Positions 1 to 18,253 of a stretch of DNA of 64,000 nucleotides are shown here, one piece after another. Positions within the stretch are counted from its first letter, which is position 1. Every line of letters begins with the position of its first letter. The notes below the pieces were generated by a model. That model did not search any database, was not told where the DNA came from, and saw only the letters and a list, made by a program, of their open reading frames with translations. A program made the translations under genes and the position numbers. This DNA comes from the human T2T-CHM13v2.0 reference genome, Homo sapiens, in the NCBI RefSeq assembly GCF_009914755.1, contig NC_060940.1. One strand, 5' to 3'.

Positions 1-357
1 TGACCGCCCTCTACAGGAGTGGGGGAATGGCACAGTAGTTGCATCCATAAAGCACTTTTTCCTTGAACCCCTTCTCATCTATTTATTTATTTAGTTTTAG
101 AGACTGAGTCTTGCTCTGTTGCCCAAGTTGCAGTGCAGTGGCACAATTGTAGCTCACTGCAGCCTTAAAGTCACGGCTCAAGCGATCCTCCCACCTCAGC
201 TTCCTGAGTAGCTGGGACTACAGGTGCTCGCCTCTACACCCAGCTGATTTTTTAATTTTTTGTAGAGACAAGGTCTGGCTGTGTTGCCCAGGCTGGTCTC
301 AAACTCCTGGCCTCAAGCAATCATCCTGCCTCAGCCTCCCAAGTAGCTAGGGCTTTA

Positions 358-900
<543 letters not shown>

Positions 901-2557
901 TTAACATAATCATAGTCTTTCATGCCTGTTCTGCTTACCATGTGTCTGATATTGTGCTTAGTCCCAGCCCTAGTCATCTACAGAACTCAGGCTCCAGAGC
1001 CAGACCTCCTGGGTTAAAATCCTGCCTCTGCCACTTTCTTGCCTCTGCCACTTTCTTGCTGTGTGACCTTGGGCCAAGTTACTTAACCTCTCTGTGCTTC
1101 AAATGACTCATCTGTAAACTGGGATGATTCTAGTAGTACCTAACTCATAGGGCTGCTGTGAGGATTAAATACAACCCACACATAGACGGTGACAGAACAA
1201 TGTAAGGATAAATGTTGGCCACTTACGTATTACAATGACTTCCATTTTATAGCTGAGGAAACTGAGTCAGGCTCAGGGAAATTCATAACCCATCCAATGA
1301 CATAGAACTATCCTTCCTGTTCCAGCGTCTGCTCATTTATTTTCATTTCCCTCTTAATTCATGCCCCCCTCATTGTACCCCCTAATTCAATCATCAGCCT
1401 CTATCTAGGGTCCCTGCTTTCTGTGTCTGGGGCTCCCACATCTGCTGCTTCCAGAAGGTTCTCCCTCTTTCTCACTTCCCAAACTTGAGGAGCTCCCAGT
1501 GACCTTGGAAATAGATCTTTTTCTTTGACTGTTCCTGTTGTTTTCTCCAATTACTAACACAATACTCATGCAAATTATTTTAAAAATTTATTTATAAAAA
1601 TATTTTCATAGAAGGTGAAAAACTCTGCTAATTCACCCTCTGGTGATAACTGCTGCTTGGAGTTTCATGTGTGTTATTCCAGATTTCTCCCTCTCCTCCT
1701 GGGTGTAATAATACAGATTATTTTTACTTATCTTTTAAAAAGATGTGACCGTGCTATTCATACTGTGTGCAATTCACAGGAGACAATTTTCAAGATTTCA
1801 CTTATTTTTTGAAAAAGTTACACTGCCACGTGGTATAAAACCCCAAAGAGACCAGGCACAGTGGCTTGTAATCCCAGAACCTTGGGAGGCTGAGGCGGGA
1901 GGATCGCTTGAGATCAGGAGTTCGAGACCAGCCTAGGCAACATAGGGAGACCACCCCCCGATCTCGACAAAAAAGAGAAATTAGGTGGGCATAGTGGTGA
2001 GTTCCTGTAGTCCCAGAGCCTTGGGAAGCTGAGGCAGGAGGATCGCTTGAGGCCAGGAGTTCGAGACCAGCCTAGGCAACATAGGGAGACCCCATCTTGA
2101 CAAAAAAGAGAAACTAGGTGGGCATAGTGGTGAGTTCCTGTAGTCCCAGCTGCTCAGGAGGCTGAGGCTTAGGCAAGAGGATCGTTTGAGCCCAGCCTGG
2201 GTGACAAAGCAAGGCTCTATCTCTAAAAAAGAAAAATGGAAAAAATCCAAAGGATATCTAAGCAAATACTGAAAAGTATCTCCCTCCATATCTATCTCCA
2301 GCCACCCAGTTTCTCACTCTGGAAGCAACCAGTATTGCCAACTTATTGTCTACCTGCAGACAAGAAACGTATAATTACAGTTTATAGGGCATATATGTGT
2401 CATAAACCGAAATATGTAAAAATATGGTATAGTTTCTAGAAGAGGAGAAACAGAGGGGAGAAAACTCTATTAGAGAAAATGTTGAGTTGCTGATTTCCTT
2501 GTCCCACGCAATGGAGAGCGAGGAGACACTGTCCATGGAACTAGGTAACATTTAGAG

Positions 2558-2797
2558 CAGTGGTTCTCAGGGGGAGGCAGTTTTGCCTCCCAGGGGATAT
2601 TTGCCCATTCCTGAAGACATTTTTGGTTGTCGTAGCTTGCAGATGGGGTGGGGTTGGGGTGTCCTCCTGGTATCTAATAGATAGAAGCCGGACATACTGC
2701 TAAACACCCTACAATGCACAGAGCAGTCCCCCCAGCTCCCCACAACAGGCAGTTGTCTGGCCCCAAATGACAGTACTGCCAAGGTTGAGAAATCCTG
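2558..2797 (+). mobile_element. MER20-like hAT non-autonomous DNA transposon
   Basis: Begins CAGTGGTTCTCA and ends GGTTGAGAAATCCTG (terminal inverted repeats). Related copies lie at ~10406-10620 (-), ~14840-15052 (-), ~49387-49600 (-) and 57656-57874 (+). Confidence 0.8.
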
Positions 2798-4011
2798 ACT
2801 TATAGCTACAAAAGAATCAAAATCACTGCTTTGACTTCTTGCCAGGAGCTCGTTTGGCGCAGCTCCACAATGATTGGCAGGCAGAACCGCACGATCCAGG
2901 TGTTCCTAGAGTCAAATGCTGCCAGGTACTGCCCTTTCACCCCAGTAATGACAGCTCTTGGGGCAAACCAAACTGTCTTCTTGGAAACCACCACCCTCCT
3001 CCTCTCATTTCCTCTGATCATACAATTTATAACTCAGGTCTCTTCCACAGGAGAAAATTCCATTTCTCCATTGGAAAGCCACTGTTTTGCATTTAGTGCT
3101 AATACATCAAAGATTGGGGCTGGGTGCAGTGGCTCATGCCTGTAATCCCAACACCTTGGGAAGCCAAGGTGGGATGATCACTTGAGCCCAGTAGTTTGAG
3201 ACAAGCCTGGGCAACGTAGAGAGACCCCATATCTATAAAAATTTAAAATGTTAGCCAAATGTGGTGGTACATACCTGTAGTCTCACCTCCTTGGGAGGCT
3301 GAGTGAGGCAGGAGGATTGCTTGAGCCCAACAGTCAGAGGCTGCAGTGAGCTATGATTGCACCACTGCATTCCAGCCTTGGTTGACAAAGCAAGAGCCTG
3401 TCTCAAAGGAAAAAAAAAAAAAAGAGGAACGGTAACTATAGACCCCAATACTTTCTGTGAATTATAGAACTAGGACATTCTTTTTTTCTTTTAAATGATA
3501 CTCCCCCAAATGCAAATGCCATAGGAAACAGATTTTGTTTGTTCTGGTATTTGTAAAAATACAGAAATTTGATCCAGCCCTCAATTGTCTACCTCCTTCT
3601 TTATTTCTGTATGAATATAAAATCTCCTTCTCAGAGAAAACCCTTTGTGATGGATTAGCATCCCATCTGCTGGGGTTTATCCCTGGGAATGTGAGTCTTA
3701 GGTGGCTAGAAATAATCTTAGTCCAAACTTTCTCAAATGTTAACTGATGTAGCCCTTATCAACACTAGGAGGAGGGAGTGTATATAGTTCCCACTTTGTA
3801 GGTTAATGGGGAGGAAATTGAGGCTCAGAGGAGTTGAGACATTACAGTCTTAGAGTGCCAGAGTCAGCATTTGAATTCGAGTCAACTGTCTTGAAATGTG
3901 GGCTGGTTTTATACTGCCTGTCCTTTGTTTCCAGAAGGGACATGCCATTGGTGATCATAACTACAGAGTTAAACCTGTATGGTCCGCATGTTGCCAAAGG
4001 GGATGTATCTA

Positions 4012-4311
<300 letters not shown>

Positions 4312-4314
4312 TCA

Positions 4315-4345
<31 letters not shown>

Positions 4346-4479
4346 GAAAAACGTGTCCAGGCCAGGTGCAGTGGCTTACGCCTGTAATCTCAGCAGTTTT
4401 GGAGACCGAGATGGGTGGATCACTTGAGCTCAGGAGTTCAAGACCAGCCTGGGCAACACGACAGAACCCCAGCTCTTCA

Positions 4480-4751
<272 letters not shown>

Positions 4752-4999
4752 TCACACTCTAGGGTTAAAAAAAAAACACAAAACGAATCTATTTACTTCC
4801 TTATGGTGTCCAAGAAATAAAATAACCTCTAGAAAGGACTTTGATATTTTCATTGAGCTGATAACAAAAGAATATTAATGAGAGGGAGGAGTTAGGGCTT
4901 AGGAAGAAGGAAATGCACAACTTGGGACCTGAGTTAGGCCTTCATCGTCGCGGACTCAGTAGACAGAGGCCATAGGTGCAGCTGTGATGGTAGAGGTGG

Positions 5000-5220
5000 A
5001 AGACTGATTTGCATTTTCACCAGGTGAGACCTGGTTACTCATTGGTTGATGAGGAAAGAGATGATAGCCAGGGCGGCATAAAACGGCAATGAGCTCAGTA
5101 AACAACCCCCTTCCCGTGATCTTCGTGGCTTCCCGCCCAGACGTGTGACCAAGATAGCAAGGAGCAGTCTTTAAGGCGACACGGCAGAGAGGCAGAAAAA
5201 GATGGGCCTTACCGGTTAGT
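5000..5220 (+). promoter_or_regulatory. TMC5: Probable TMC5 upstream promoter (non-CpG-island)
   Basis: Unique sequence with locally raised CpG. Motifs: octamer ATTTGCAT 5007-5014, E-box CAGGTG 5021-5026, reverse CCAAT (ATTGG) 5041-5045, GC box GGGCGG 5071-5076, TATA-like CATAAAA 5077-5083, forkhead GTAAACA 5098-5104, GRHL-like TACCGGTT 5210-5217. A perfect donor follows at 5315/5316. Confidence 0.6.
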
Positions 5221-5315
5221 TAAGAAAAAAAGAGGACCTGTTGCCTGTCCCTCTAGCTTTGAACTACAAAGTGGAGGGGAAGTTTGTCTGGATTTTCCTG
5301 TAGAACTGAGGGCAG
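5110..5315 (+). other. TMC5: Probable non-coding first exon of TMC5 (5' boundary approximate)
   Basis: Ends at consensus donor CAG|GTAAGT (5315|5316). Start is inferred ~30 nt downstream of the TATA-like element. Confidence 0.6.
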
Positions 5316-6566
5316 GTAAGTGAAAGTGCTTTGAAGGAGGGGTGGGAGGTCATGGGAATAATGCGGAATGCTTGGGAACGTGTCAGCGAAGGAGGACGGA
5401 AACTGAGGCTGTCGTATTGCTTATTGCCAGACGAGGGTACAGAATTGAGGCACAACAGATGTTTGTTAGAGGAAAGAATGACCAGGGGAAATGGGAGGCA
5501 AGAGAGTGTTGATTATGAGAACAAGCCCTAGGGTTATCTGCTTGAGTTGGAATCTGGGCTTCCCCAGGTCTAACTGTGGGATTCTGGGTCAGTTATTGTA
5601 TGTTTCTGGCCTTGGTTTCCTTGTCTGTAGAATGGGTAGTATGCCAAAAGCTCCCACTTCCACAGGTGGATATCAGAGCTAATAAAATACGGTGCACGAC
5701 AAACACGCAATAAATGTGACCTCTATGTCTGGGGGTGTCTCCTGGAGCATCATGTTCTAGAAGAATGCTTTGTTGGATGAGTGAATTCAGGTGGTCTCTC
5801 CCAATGGTATTTCATTTTCTGAGATTTAAAAAAAAATCTATTTACTTCTTTATGGTGTTCAAGAAACAATAACTTCTCATTTTTCTCATTCTTCTCATCC
5901 TTCTCATTTTTCTCATCCTTCTCTTCTTCCTCTGATAAGTGATTTTTGTGTGTTTTTTTTTTTTTTCGAGACAATATCTCACTCTGTTGCCCAGGCTGGA
6001 GTACAGTGGTGAAATCATAGCTCACTGCAGCCTTGATCTCCTGGGCTCAAGCAATCCTCCTGCTTCAGCCTTCTGAGTAGCTGAGACTATAGGCACATGC
6101 CACCATGCCCGCCTACCTTTTATGATTTTTAGTAGAGACAAGGTCTGACTATATTGCCTAGGATGGTCTCAAACTCCTAAGCTCAAGCGATCCTTCTGCC
6201 TCAGCCTGCCAAAGTGCTGGCATTACAGGCATGAGCCACCATGCACTGCCAACAATGATGTTGTTGATGATGATGATCCAAGCCCAGCGTATGCAATCAG
6301 AGAGGTATGGGTTTGAATCCCATTCTGCCTCTGTTTAGCTGTGTGACCTTGAGTGAGTTACTTAACCTCTCTGGGTCTCAATGTAATCATAAAATGGGGA
6401 TAATAATACCTCCCCATAAAGTTGTTTGAGCATTCAGTTGCTGATACATGTGAAGGGCATAGCCCTGTGCCTAGCATGCATGTCAGCACTCAATAAATAG
6501 TGCTGTCTTCATGCTTATTACTGTTGTTATTATTATTATTAACTTATTATTATTGTTATTGTTTGA

Positions 6567-6933
<367 letters not shown>

Positions 6934-7429
6934 ACTAATGTTAAAAGTAGGGTTTATTGTCATACTTTGCCAGAAAAGGTCCTGTCCCCAGAAGACAGGG
7001 TCAAGTTCAAGCTATAGAGTATCTTCATAAACACTTAATGAATAACGCAATGAATCATATTTGCCAAGATTTTTCGGGATGACGTGGCAGGAGGTGACGC
7101 TATTATTGCTCAGGTTATTTCTAGTCACCCAACGTTCATCATTCCCAGAGATAAATCACAGCAGCTAGAATGCTAATCATCAGTTATGGTCATTTCTGCG
7201 AAGGCATTCATAGGGAAAGGAATATTTATAGGGAGTGTAGTGGTGTGATCATAGCTCATTGCAGCCTTGAACTTCTGGGCTTGAGTGATCCTCCTGCCTT
7301 AGCCTCCTAAGTAGCTGGGACTACAGGCGTGCACCACCATTAATGATTAAAAATCAACTAATTTTAGGCCAGGTGTGGTGGGTCACGTCTGTAATCCCAG
7401 CACTTTGGGAGGCCAAGGAGGGCAGATCA

Positions 7430-7820
<391 letters not shown>

Positions 7821-8485
7821 TAACGGCTGCATGCCACTGTGCTCAGCTAATTTTTAAAATTTTTTGTAGAGCCAGGGTCTTGCTATGTCACCTAAGCTGG
7901 TCTCCAACTCCTGGTTTCAAGCAATCCTCCTGCCTCAGCCTCCCAAAGCCCCAGGATTACAGGATTGAGCCATCTCGCCTGTCTGAACATAGGTATAATT
8001 TAAAAGAAAAAAAGACAGTCCTGTGTTTAGAATTCACCAGAAGAATTGGAAGCCCATAGTTACAGTTCCCAGCCTTTGATGTGTTAGCACCCACATCCAA
8101 AGCAAAATAGTGGCTTTCCAAAGGAGAAATGGAATTTTATCCTGTGTCAGAGACTTGAGTTATAAATTACACGATCAGAGGAAAGGACTTAAAATGAGAG
8201 GAGGTGAGTGGAGATCTCCAAGAAAATGGTTTAGGTCACCCCAAGAATTGTCATTCCTGAGGTGAGATAACAGGACCTGGCAGTATGAGACTCATGGACA
8301 CCTGGATCGCAAGGTTGTGTCTGTCAGTCAGTGTGGCACTGAGAAAGATCAGAGCTGGAGCCAAAAGCACAAAGCAGTAATTGTGATCCTGTCTGTTTTG
8401 AACATGTTGATTTTTTTTTCATCATGGGTTTTTTGCACTTATTTTTATTTTTAAAAGTATCACGTTAAAATATTATTTATTTTGA

Positions 8486-8815
8486 TGATATGGTGTGTCC
8501 CCACCCAAATCTCATCTTGAATTATAGCTCCCATAATCCCCACATGTCATGAGAGGGACGCTGTGGGAGGTAATTGAGTCATAGGGGTGGGTTTTTCCCA
8601 TGCTGTTCTCATGGGAACACGAGATCTGACGGTTTTATAAAGGGCAGTTCCCCTGCACACACGCTCTTGCCTGCTGCCATGTAAGATGTGCCTTTGCTCC
8701 TCCTTTGCCTTCTGCCATGATTGTGAGACCTCCCCAGCCATGTGGAACTGTGAGTCCATTAAACCTCTTTTTCTTTATAAATTACCTAGTCTCAGGTATG
8801 AAAATGGACGATACA
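8486..8815 (+). mobile_element. THE1-type (ERVL-MaLR) solo LTR nested in an older hAT-type MER element (~8329-8900)
   Basis: TGATATGG...CCCCACCCAAATCTCATCTTGAATT start, ...GATACA end, near-perfect 5-bp TSD TTTGA/CTTGA. Confidence 0.85.
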
Positions 8816-9233
8816 CTTGATTACTGGGATTTTTGGCCCCCTTTAAATTTGCACCTCAGCTCAGCACTTATCTTACTCCCTCACCCTAGTCCTGGCCCTG
8901 CTGCAAACAGCATTGAATCTAGAAACTTCCCAAGCTTGATGTCATACTTACCCAGCATGGGAGAAAAGGTAGCAGAATTCAAGAGGTGAATGTGGAACAA
9001 ATCAGAGTTGAAAAAAGAAAATTTGAGCCAGGTGTGGTTGGCATACACCTATAGTCACAGCTACTCAGGAGGCTGAGGCAGGAGGATGGCTTGGGCCTAG
9101 GAGGTTGCATCACTGCACTCTGGCCTGGATAACAGAGTGAGACTCCATCTCTTAAAAAAGAGAGAGAGAGGGCCGGGCGCGGTGGCTCACGCCTGTAATC
9201 CCAGTACTTTGGAAGGCCGAGGTGGGCGGATCA

Positions 9234-9413
<180 letters not shown>

Positions 9414-9971
9414 CTATACTCCAGCCCGGGCAACAGAGCTAGACTCCATTTCAAAAAAAAAAAAGAGAGAGAGAGAGAAGACAGAATTTGCTATGACTCA
9501 AAGATATTTAAAGGGGGGGAAAAGAGAGAGAGAAAGAATTTGCTTTTCTGCTTCCCTGAATGGGGTGAAAAGAGGGACATTTAGGATACTGTATTTCAAA
9601 GGAAACTCCAATGCCCTGCTTCCAAACCACTTTCCAGGTGTCTCCGTTTACTTAGGGACCTGGATTGCTCGAGAACCTCCATAATCATATGTTTGCATTT
9701 TTAAGTACTTACTTAATTTATCTTTTTTATTTGGAAATCACATTTTTTATTTTCAAAACATTGTAAGCAGCTGGGTATGGTGGCTCACGTCTGTTGTAGC
9801 CCAAGCACTTCGGGAGGCCAAGGTGGGAGGATCTCTTGAGCCCAGGCATTAGAAATCAGCCTGGGTGCAACAATGTCTCTACAAAAAAAATTTAAAAATA
9901 GGCCGGGCCCAGTGGCTCACCCCTGTCATCCCAGCACTTTGGGGGGCCGAGGTGGGTGGATCATGAGGTCA

Positions 9972-10181
<210 letters not shown>

Positions 10182-10829
10182 TTAAAAAATAAAAATTCAG
10201 CCAGTCGTGGTGGCATGTGCCTGTGTTGCCAGCTACTCACGAGGCTGAGGCAGGAGGATCGATGGAGCCCAGCAGTTAGAGGCTCCAGTGAACTGTGGTT
10301 GCACCGCTGCACTTACCCCTTCTCCTTTCTCTTCCTTCTCCCATTCTTTTCTCTCCCAATTTTGTTTCATTGTTTATAATTTGTTGTTTCCTTCATAGCG
10401 ATAAATCAAGATATCTCAACTTTTGTATGACTGACACATTGGACCAGATCATTCTTGGCTGTGGGGGCTGTCTTGTGCATTAGAGGATGGTTAACAGCAT
10501 CCCTGGCCTCCACCCACTAGATACCAGTAGCACACTCACTGCAGTTGTGACAACCAAAAGTTTGCCAGACTTTGCTCAGTGTCCCTTGAGGGCAAAATCA
10601 CTCTCAGTTGAGAACCACTGCCAATGATGATGTACTTACAGTTCCTTAAACTTGGACAGCGTCGCTGACTCTCCACTTCATAAGAGAAGGAATTTAGCAC
10701 CTCAACATTTTCCCCTAATAAAGTTCTACCCCCTGCATTTCCCCACTTCTAAAAATTATTTTTTACATATTGTGGTTTATAAGCTTGCGTTTTGTGTCTT
10801 ATAAACTACAATTATATGTTTCTTGCATT

Positions 10830-12400
<1,571 letters not shown>

Positions 12401-12933
12401 AAGTAGATTATAAAAGATGAAAACTACCTGGCTTCAAAGCTGTGGTTATGTGTGCATTAGAGAAGTTGACTTCCTAGAAAGGGACATCTAATTCTATGTC
12501 ACTTTATGTCACTTAATCTGAGCCATTGGTCCAGGTGAGTTGAGTTTGCTTTTTTTTTTTTTTTTTTTCCTGTGCACCCTTGACTGCTCACAGACAGGCC
12601 AGAGTTTAGTTTATTCATATCTGGTTCTGACTTTCTTTACAGCTTTTAGAGGATTGCTTGTTTTGGAGTTTCTATTTGTCTTTGTTTTTTTGTTGTTGAC
12701 AGAGAAAATATACACAGCTTTACTGTGTCTCTGAGATCACCCCAGTTCTTACTCATTCTCTTTGTTGGGTGGTATAATTTGGACCGACTGCTTTCTAGAG
12801 CTGGCGCACAGCTGTTATCCTGGGATTTCTTTCCATTGTCTCTTGAATATCATTTCTCCCTTTCTCTCAAATACCTTCTTCATCTTGCTTTAGCTTTTCC
12901 TCAAGCAATTTATTTTTTTATTTATTGAGATAG

Positions 12934-13293
<360 letters not shown>

Positions 13294-14368
13294 TAAGTTG
13301 TTTTGTTATCACTGATTTCTATTTGTGTTTTGCTGTCTGCAAATCCAAGCAATAATACTTGGGTTGTGTTATATAATACTTGTTTAACTAAGCATTATAG
13401 GACTATTATAAGAATCCGAATTAGTCTTATAAAGAGCTACGCTTCTGACCTCCAAGGTGGATCCAGAAGGAGGTTCTTTTTCCTCTAAAAGAGGGAGACT
13501 TGATGCAGACCCATACATGCAGGGTGCATAAAAGTCACCCCAGCTTCATTGCCTCCTGCCACCTTTCCCAGACCCGGTGGTAGAGAATAGGGAGGATCCC
13601 TAGCCAAAGGGAGCATTAAACTTTATCATTTTTCACTGTTCCTGGCAGGATTCTGAGCACACTGACAGTGGGGAAGGGAAGAGGACAGGTTTCTGTAGCC
13701 TACGGGTCTCCAGTAAGCAGCATCCTTTCTTGTTGGATAGCAGAGGAGCCCACTCCTAGTAGATCTCAGTGGGTGCAAGAGCCAGGATGTGCACCTTGAC
13801 TTGTCTCCATCTGTCCCAGAGACGGGCGTCCTCCTTCTTCTGGGTTGGGATCCAGCCATCCAGCCAAGCAAGAAGGGGGAAACTGCTGAAGCACAAGTAA
13901 CCCACAAACCCACTTTTTGTTTTGTTTTGCTTTAAAAAGCAATTTAATCATCTTAAAACATTTTTTATTGCTTCTCTTTTCTTTTTTAAATGCTCACCTT
14001 CTCTGTGATGGTAACAAATCAACTTTTTTCTTCCCTCCTCTCTCCCTGCTCCTCGCTGGCTGATCTGCAGTGATTCTTAAACTTTGGCGCATAAAGGAAT
14101 CACTTGGGAAACCCGATAAAAAGCTAAATTCCCAGGTCCCACTTGAGGTTTAGTGAATGAAAACTTCTGGGAATGGGACCTGGGCTGGGGTGGTCTTCCT
14201 GGGACTGATGGGGTTTTAGCACAGAACTTCTAGTGCCAAAACTGGGGAAGTCCTGGGCACACTGGGACAAGCTGGTCACCTGAGGATCCATGTGCCCCCC
14301 TCTCCAGCAGGCTCCCAGGTGACTTTCATGGGCACCCAAGCTTGATGTTGTCAGATGCACCCTCATCA

Positions 14369-14509
<141 letters not shown>

Positions 14510-15952
14510 TTAAAATTAAATTTAATAGTTGGGCACAGTAGCTCACACCTATAATCCCAGCTACTCAAGAGGCTGAGACGCAGGAATCACTTGAGTCCAG
14601 GAGTTCGAGGCTGCAGTGAGCTATCATCGTGCCACTGCACACCAGCCTGAGTGACAAAACGAGACCCTGTCTCTGAAAGAAGAAAAATAAATAAACAATT
14701 TAGTTTCTCAATCTAGTTCCCGAGCTGGCCATATTTGAAGTGTTCCATAGCTACATGTGGCTAGTGGCTGCCATATTGGACATGCATGTAGAGAACCATT
14801 CCATCGGCATAGAAAGTTCTGTTGGACAGCCTTGCCCTAGATCAAGTTTTGTCAACTTTGGCACTCTTGGCATTTGGGGCCAAATAATTTTCTATTGTGG
14901 GGAGGCCAGTCTTGTACATTTTAGGATGTTTAGCAGCTACCTACTAGATGCCAATGTCACACCCCCTGCTACAGTTGTGACAAACCAAAATGTCTCCACA
15001 CATTGCCAAATGTGCTCTCAGAGGCAAAGTCGCCCCCACTTGAGAACCACTGCTCTAGATCCATAGTTTCTGCCACTCTCTTTCTTAAATAGAATGAAAG
15101 CCAGCCGCACACTGCGTACTTCAAACAGAACATCAGCCCCTGAATGCAAACATTGTACTGCGATTCAATTGCATCGACCAGCTTTACATCTAAGGCCTGT
15201 GAGCTTCACCCACCTTGGGGACTGTCTTAGGAGAAGGAAAGTCTTGTTACAAAGTAGCATTAATCAAGTGGGCTTAGAGTTATAGTTAGGGTAAAACTGC
15301 TGGGAGGGGTTTAGTCCATGAACTTCCTTCCAAGAAAGGATCGTGGTAAAAGAGGAGGAATCTTAGCTAGCGGAAAGAGATTTGATAGGCTTCAAACATC
15401 CATGTAAAATAAAATAATCTTCTCATTCTAGCTTTTTTAAAAACAAATTTTACTTGTGAAGATTAATTGGTGACTTGTGAAGATTAATTGGTGACATTTG
15501 CCAACTCTTTCTTCTCAAATTTCCCAATTCTTTTTTTTTTTTTTTTTTGAGACAGCATCTTGCTCTGTTGCCCAGGCTGGAGTACAGTGGCATGATCATA
15601 GCTCATTGCAGCCTCGAACTCCCAGCCTCAAACGATTGCGCTGGCTTAGACTCTGAAAGTACTGCGATTACAAGCTTGAGCCACCTCACTCAGCCCCAAT
15701 TCTCATTTAAAAAATACATTAGAACTCATGTTAATTCAGTGTTATAAGACGCATTTGTTACTTCAGTAGTAAACACTATACCTTAGACCATTTCCTTGAA
15801 GGATTTTTTGCCATGTTTAGGTGATGACTTTCAAGTGATTAAAATTCATTTTTCTTTTTCTAGCTTCTGACTCTTTCTCACTCATTTAACAAGCTAAAAA
15901 TCTTACATTCTCTTTACCTTACCTTTCCTTGAGAATTGAATAAATATCTTGA

Positions 15953-16369
<417 letters not shown>

Positions 16370-17634
16370 TAGGTTTGATCTTGCTGTCTTGAAACCACAG
16401 ACCTTATTTTCTAAGCATAGACCTCATTTTCTTAGGCTCCAAGGAGTCTAAGTGTATGGCTGTGAATGTGCCTGACACTCTGAAAAGCCAACATGGATCT
16501 CAATACTAACAAATGTTTATTTACAGGAAGGCTTTGTTAATTGAGTGATGGAAGCTATTGCTCTCACTTGCTATTTAGAGACTATTGACATTACCTTTAT
16601 TTCCTGGTCCTAAACATTACACACTGCAGATAAAGGAGTTCCTGGCATTTATTTGTCATGGCATCGAGGCTGACAGCCAAAGTAATCATTACACTAATAC
16701 ACATTCCCAGAAAGAGCAATCAAGAGCAGGCAAGCAAACGAAATCAATGTCTCTGCTGAAATGTGCCTGTGTGTGAGCGTCCCATGACCTGGTGCTCTGG
16801 CAACCACTCGTCCATGTGTGGGGGCCATCATCCTTGTGTTGGAGTTGTCTGTCCAAGATCAGGTGCCTGCAAAAAGAATGGGAGCTTCCAGAACCGCTAA
16901 TGTGAAACTTTGGTTGAAATGAGGTGCCTGGGAATGAGCGATTTCTTCTTTTTTAAATTCTTTTTCATAGCCTTTCAAGAATTTTTAGAATTAGCCAGTC
17001 TTGAACTCCTGACCTCAGGTGATCCACCTGCCTCGGCCTCCCAAAGTACTGGGATTACGGCGGGAATCACTGTGCCTGGCCCAAAGTTCCCCTTTTTATA
17101 AGGACACCAGTCATGTTGCATTAGGTCCCACCCCAGTGAACTTATTTTAACTTGATTACCTCCACCGAGATCCTACTTAGAAATCAGGTCACATTCTGAA
17201 GTACTGCGGACTGGGACTTGAACATACCTTTTTGAGGGGATGCAACTCAACTCATAACAGTGGTCACGGTATGAACAGCATATGCCCTGGAAAGTCACAC
17301 ACCACATTTACGATAGTGGCACCTTCCAGACAGGGAAGAGGACACTGGAAAATTGGATTAGGAAGAGGTATTAGAGAGCTTCACCAGAAATGTTTTATTT
17401 CCTTAAGAAAACAAATGCAAGTCTGGAATTCATATGAAAAAGATTAGTATGAGTTAATATTTGACCTTTTCTTCTCTATGCTTCACTGTAGTCTAATGTT
17501 TCAAGTTTTTAAGAGAAGAGAAAACAGGAAGCCATTTGAGGCAGTGTTTTCTGCTTCCAAATGCACAGGATTGGGTTGTACAGTATGAGCCCATCTTTTA
17601 TGGAAGTTTAAGTCCTCTGTCTTCTGATTTTCAG

Positions 17635-17862
17635 GACATGAGGCTCTGCCTGCAGTCAGCAACTTGGAATATTCAGACTTCAGACCAGCATCACAGATTA
17701 TAACCCTCCGTAAATCATCTGCATCCCAGCTCCCATCAAAAGCCAGCCTGAAGGACCCATGGACACGTGACTCCAGTGTTCTCAACAACATCTTAAGATC
17801 AAGTTGGTTTGCACAACATTTGCATCTACTTGGGACAAAGCAAGAACAATAAGGGCAAAAAA
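17635..17862 (+). other. TMC5: TMC5 5'UTR exon (228 nt)
   Basis: Acceptor cctctgtcttctgattttcag|G at 17634|17635 and donor AAA|GTAAGT at 17862|17863, in unique sequence between the promoter and the first coding exon. Confidence 0.7.
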
Positions 17863-18076
17863 GTAAGTTTTCATACAGCTGAATTTATTCGGTTAAATAA
17901 ACTACCCTTCTTTTTGAGATGGGGTCTCCCTCTCTTTTTTTTAAGTCCATAAAATGTTTTATGAGATAATGGTGATAGTCAATTGTGATAGCTGCCATTG
18001 CCTTTAATATCCTTAGATGGCAAAACAGAATTTTATTGGGACTAATTTCTTTCCTTCTCTCCACTCTCTGCAATAA

Positions 18077-18253
<177 letters not shown>

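Noticed and set aside
2831-3145. Non-repeat-looking ORFs upstream of the promoter
   Set aside because: Non-ATG or weak starts, no recognisable family, and they run into an Alu; consistent with chance.
5874-5930. 9-bp TTCTCATYY repeat giving EKNEKDEK on the minus strand
   Set aside because: Simple low-complexity tract; the ORF starts in an Alu.
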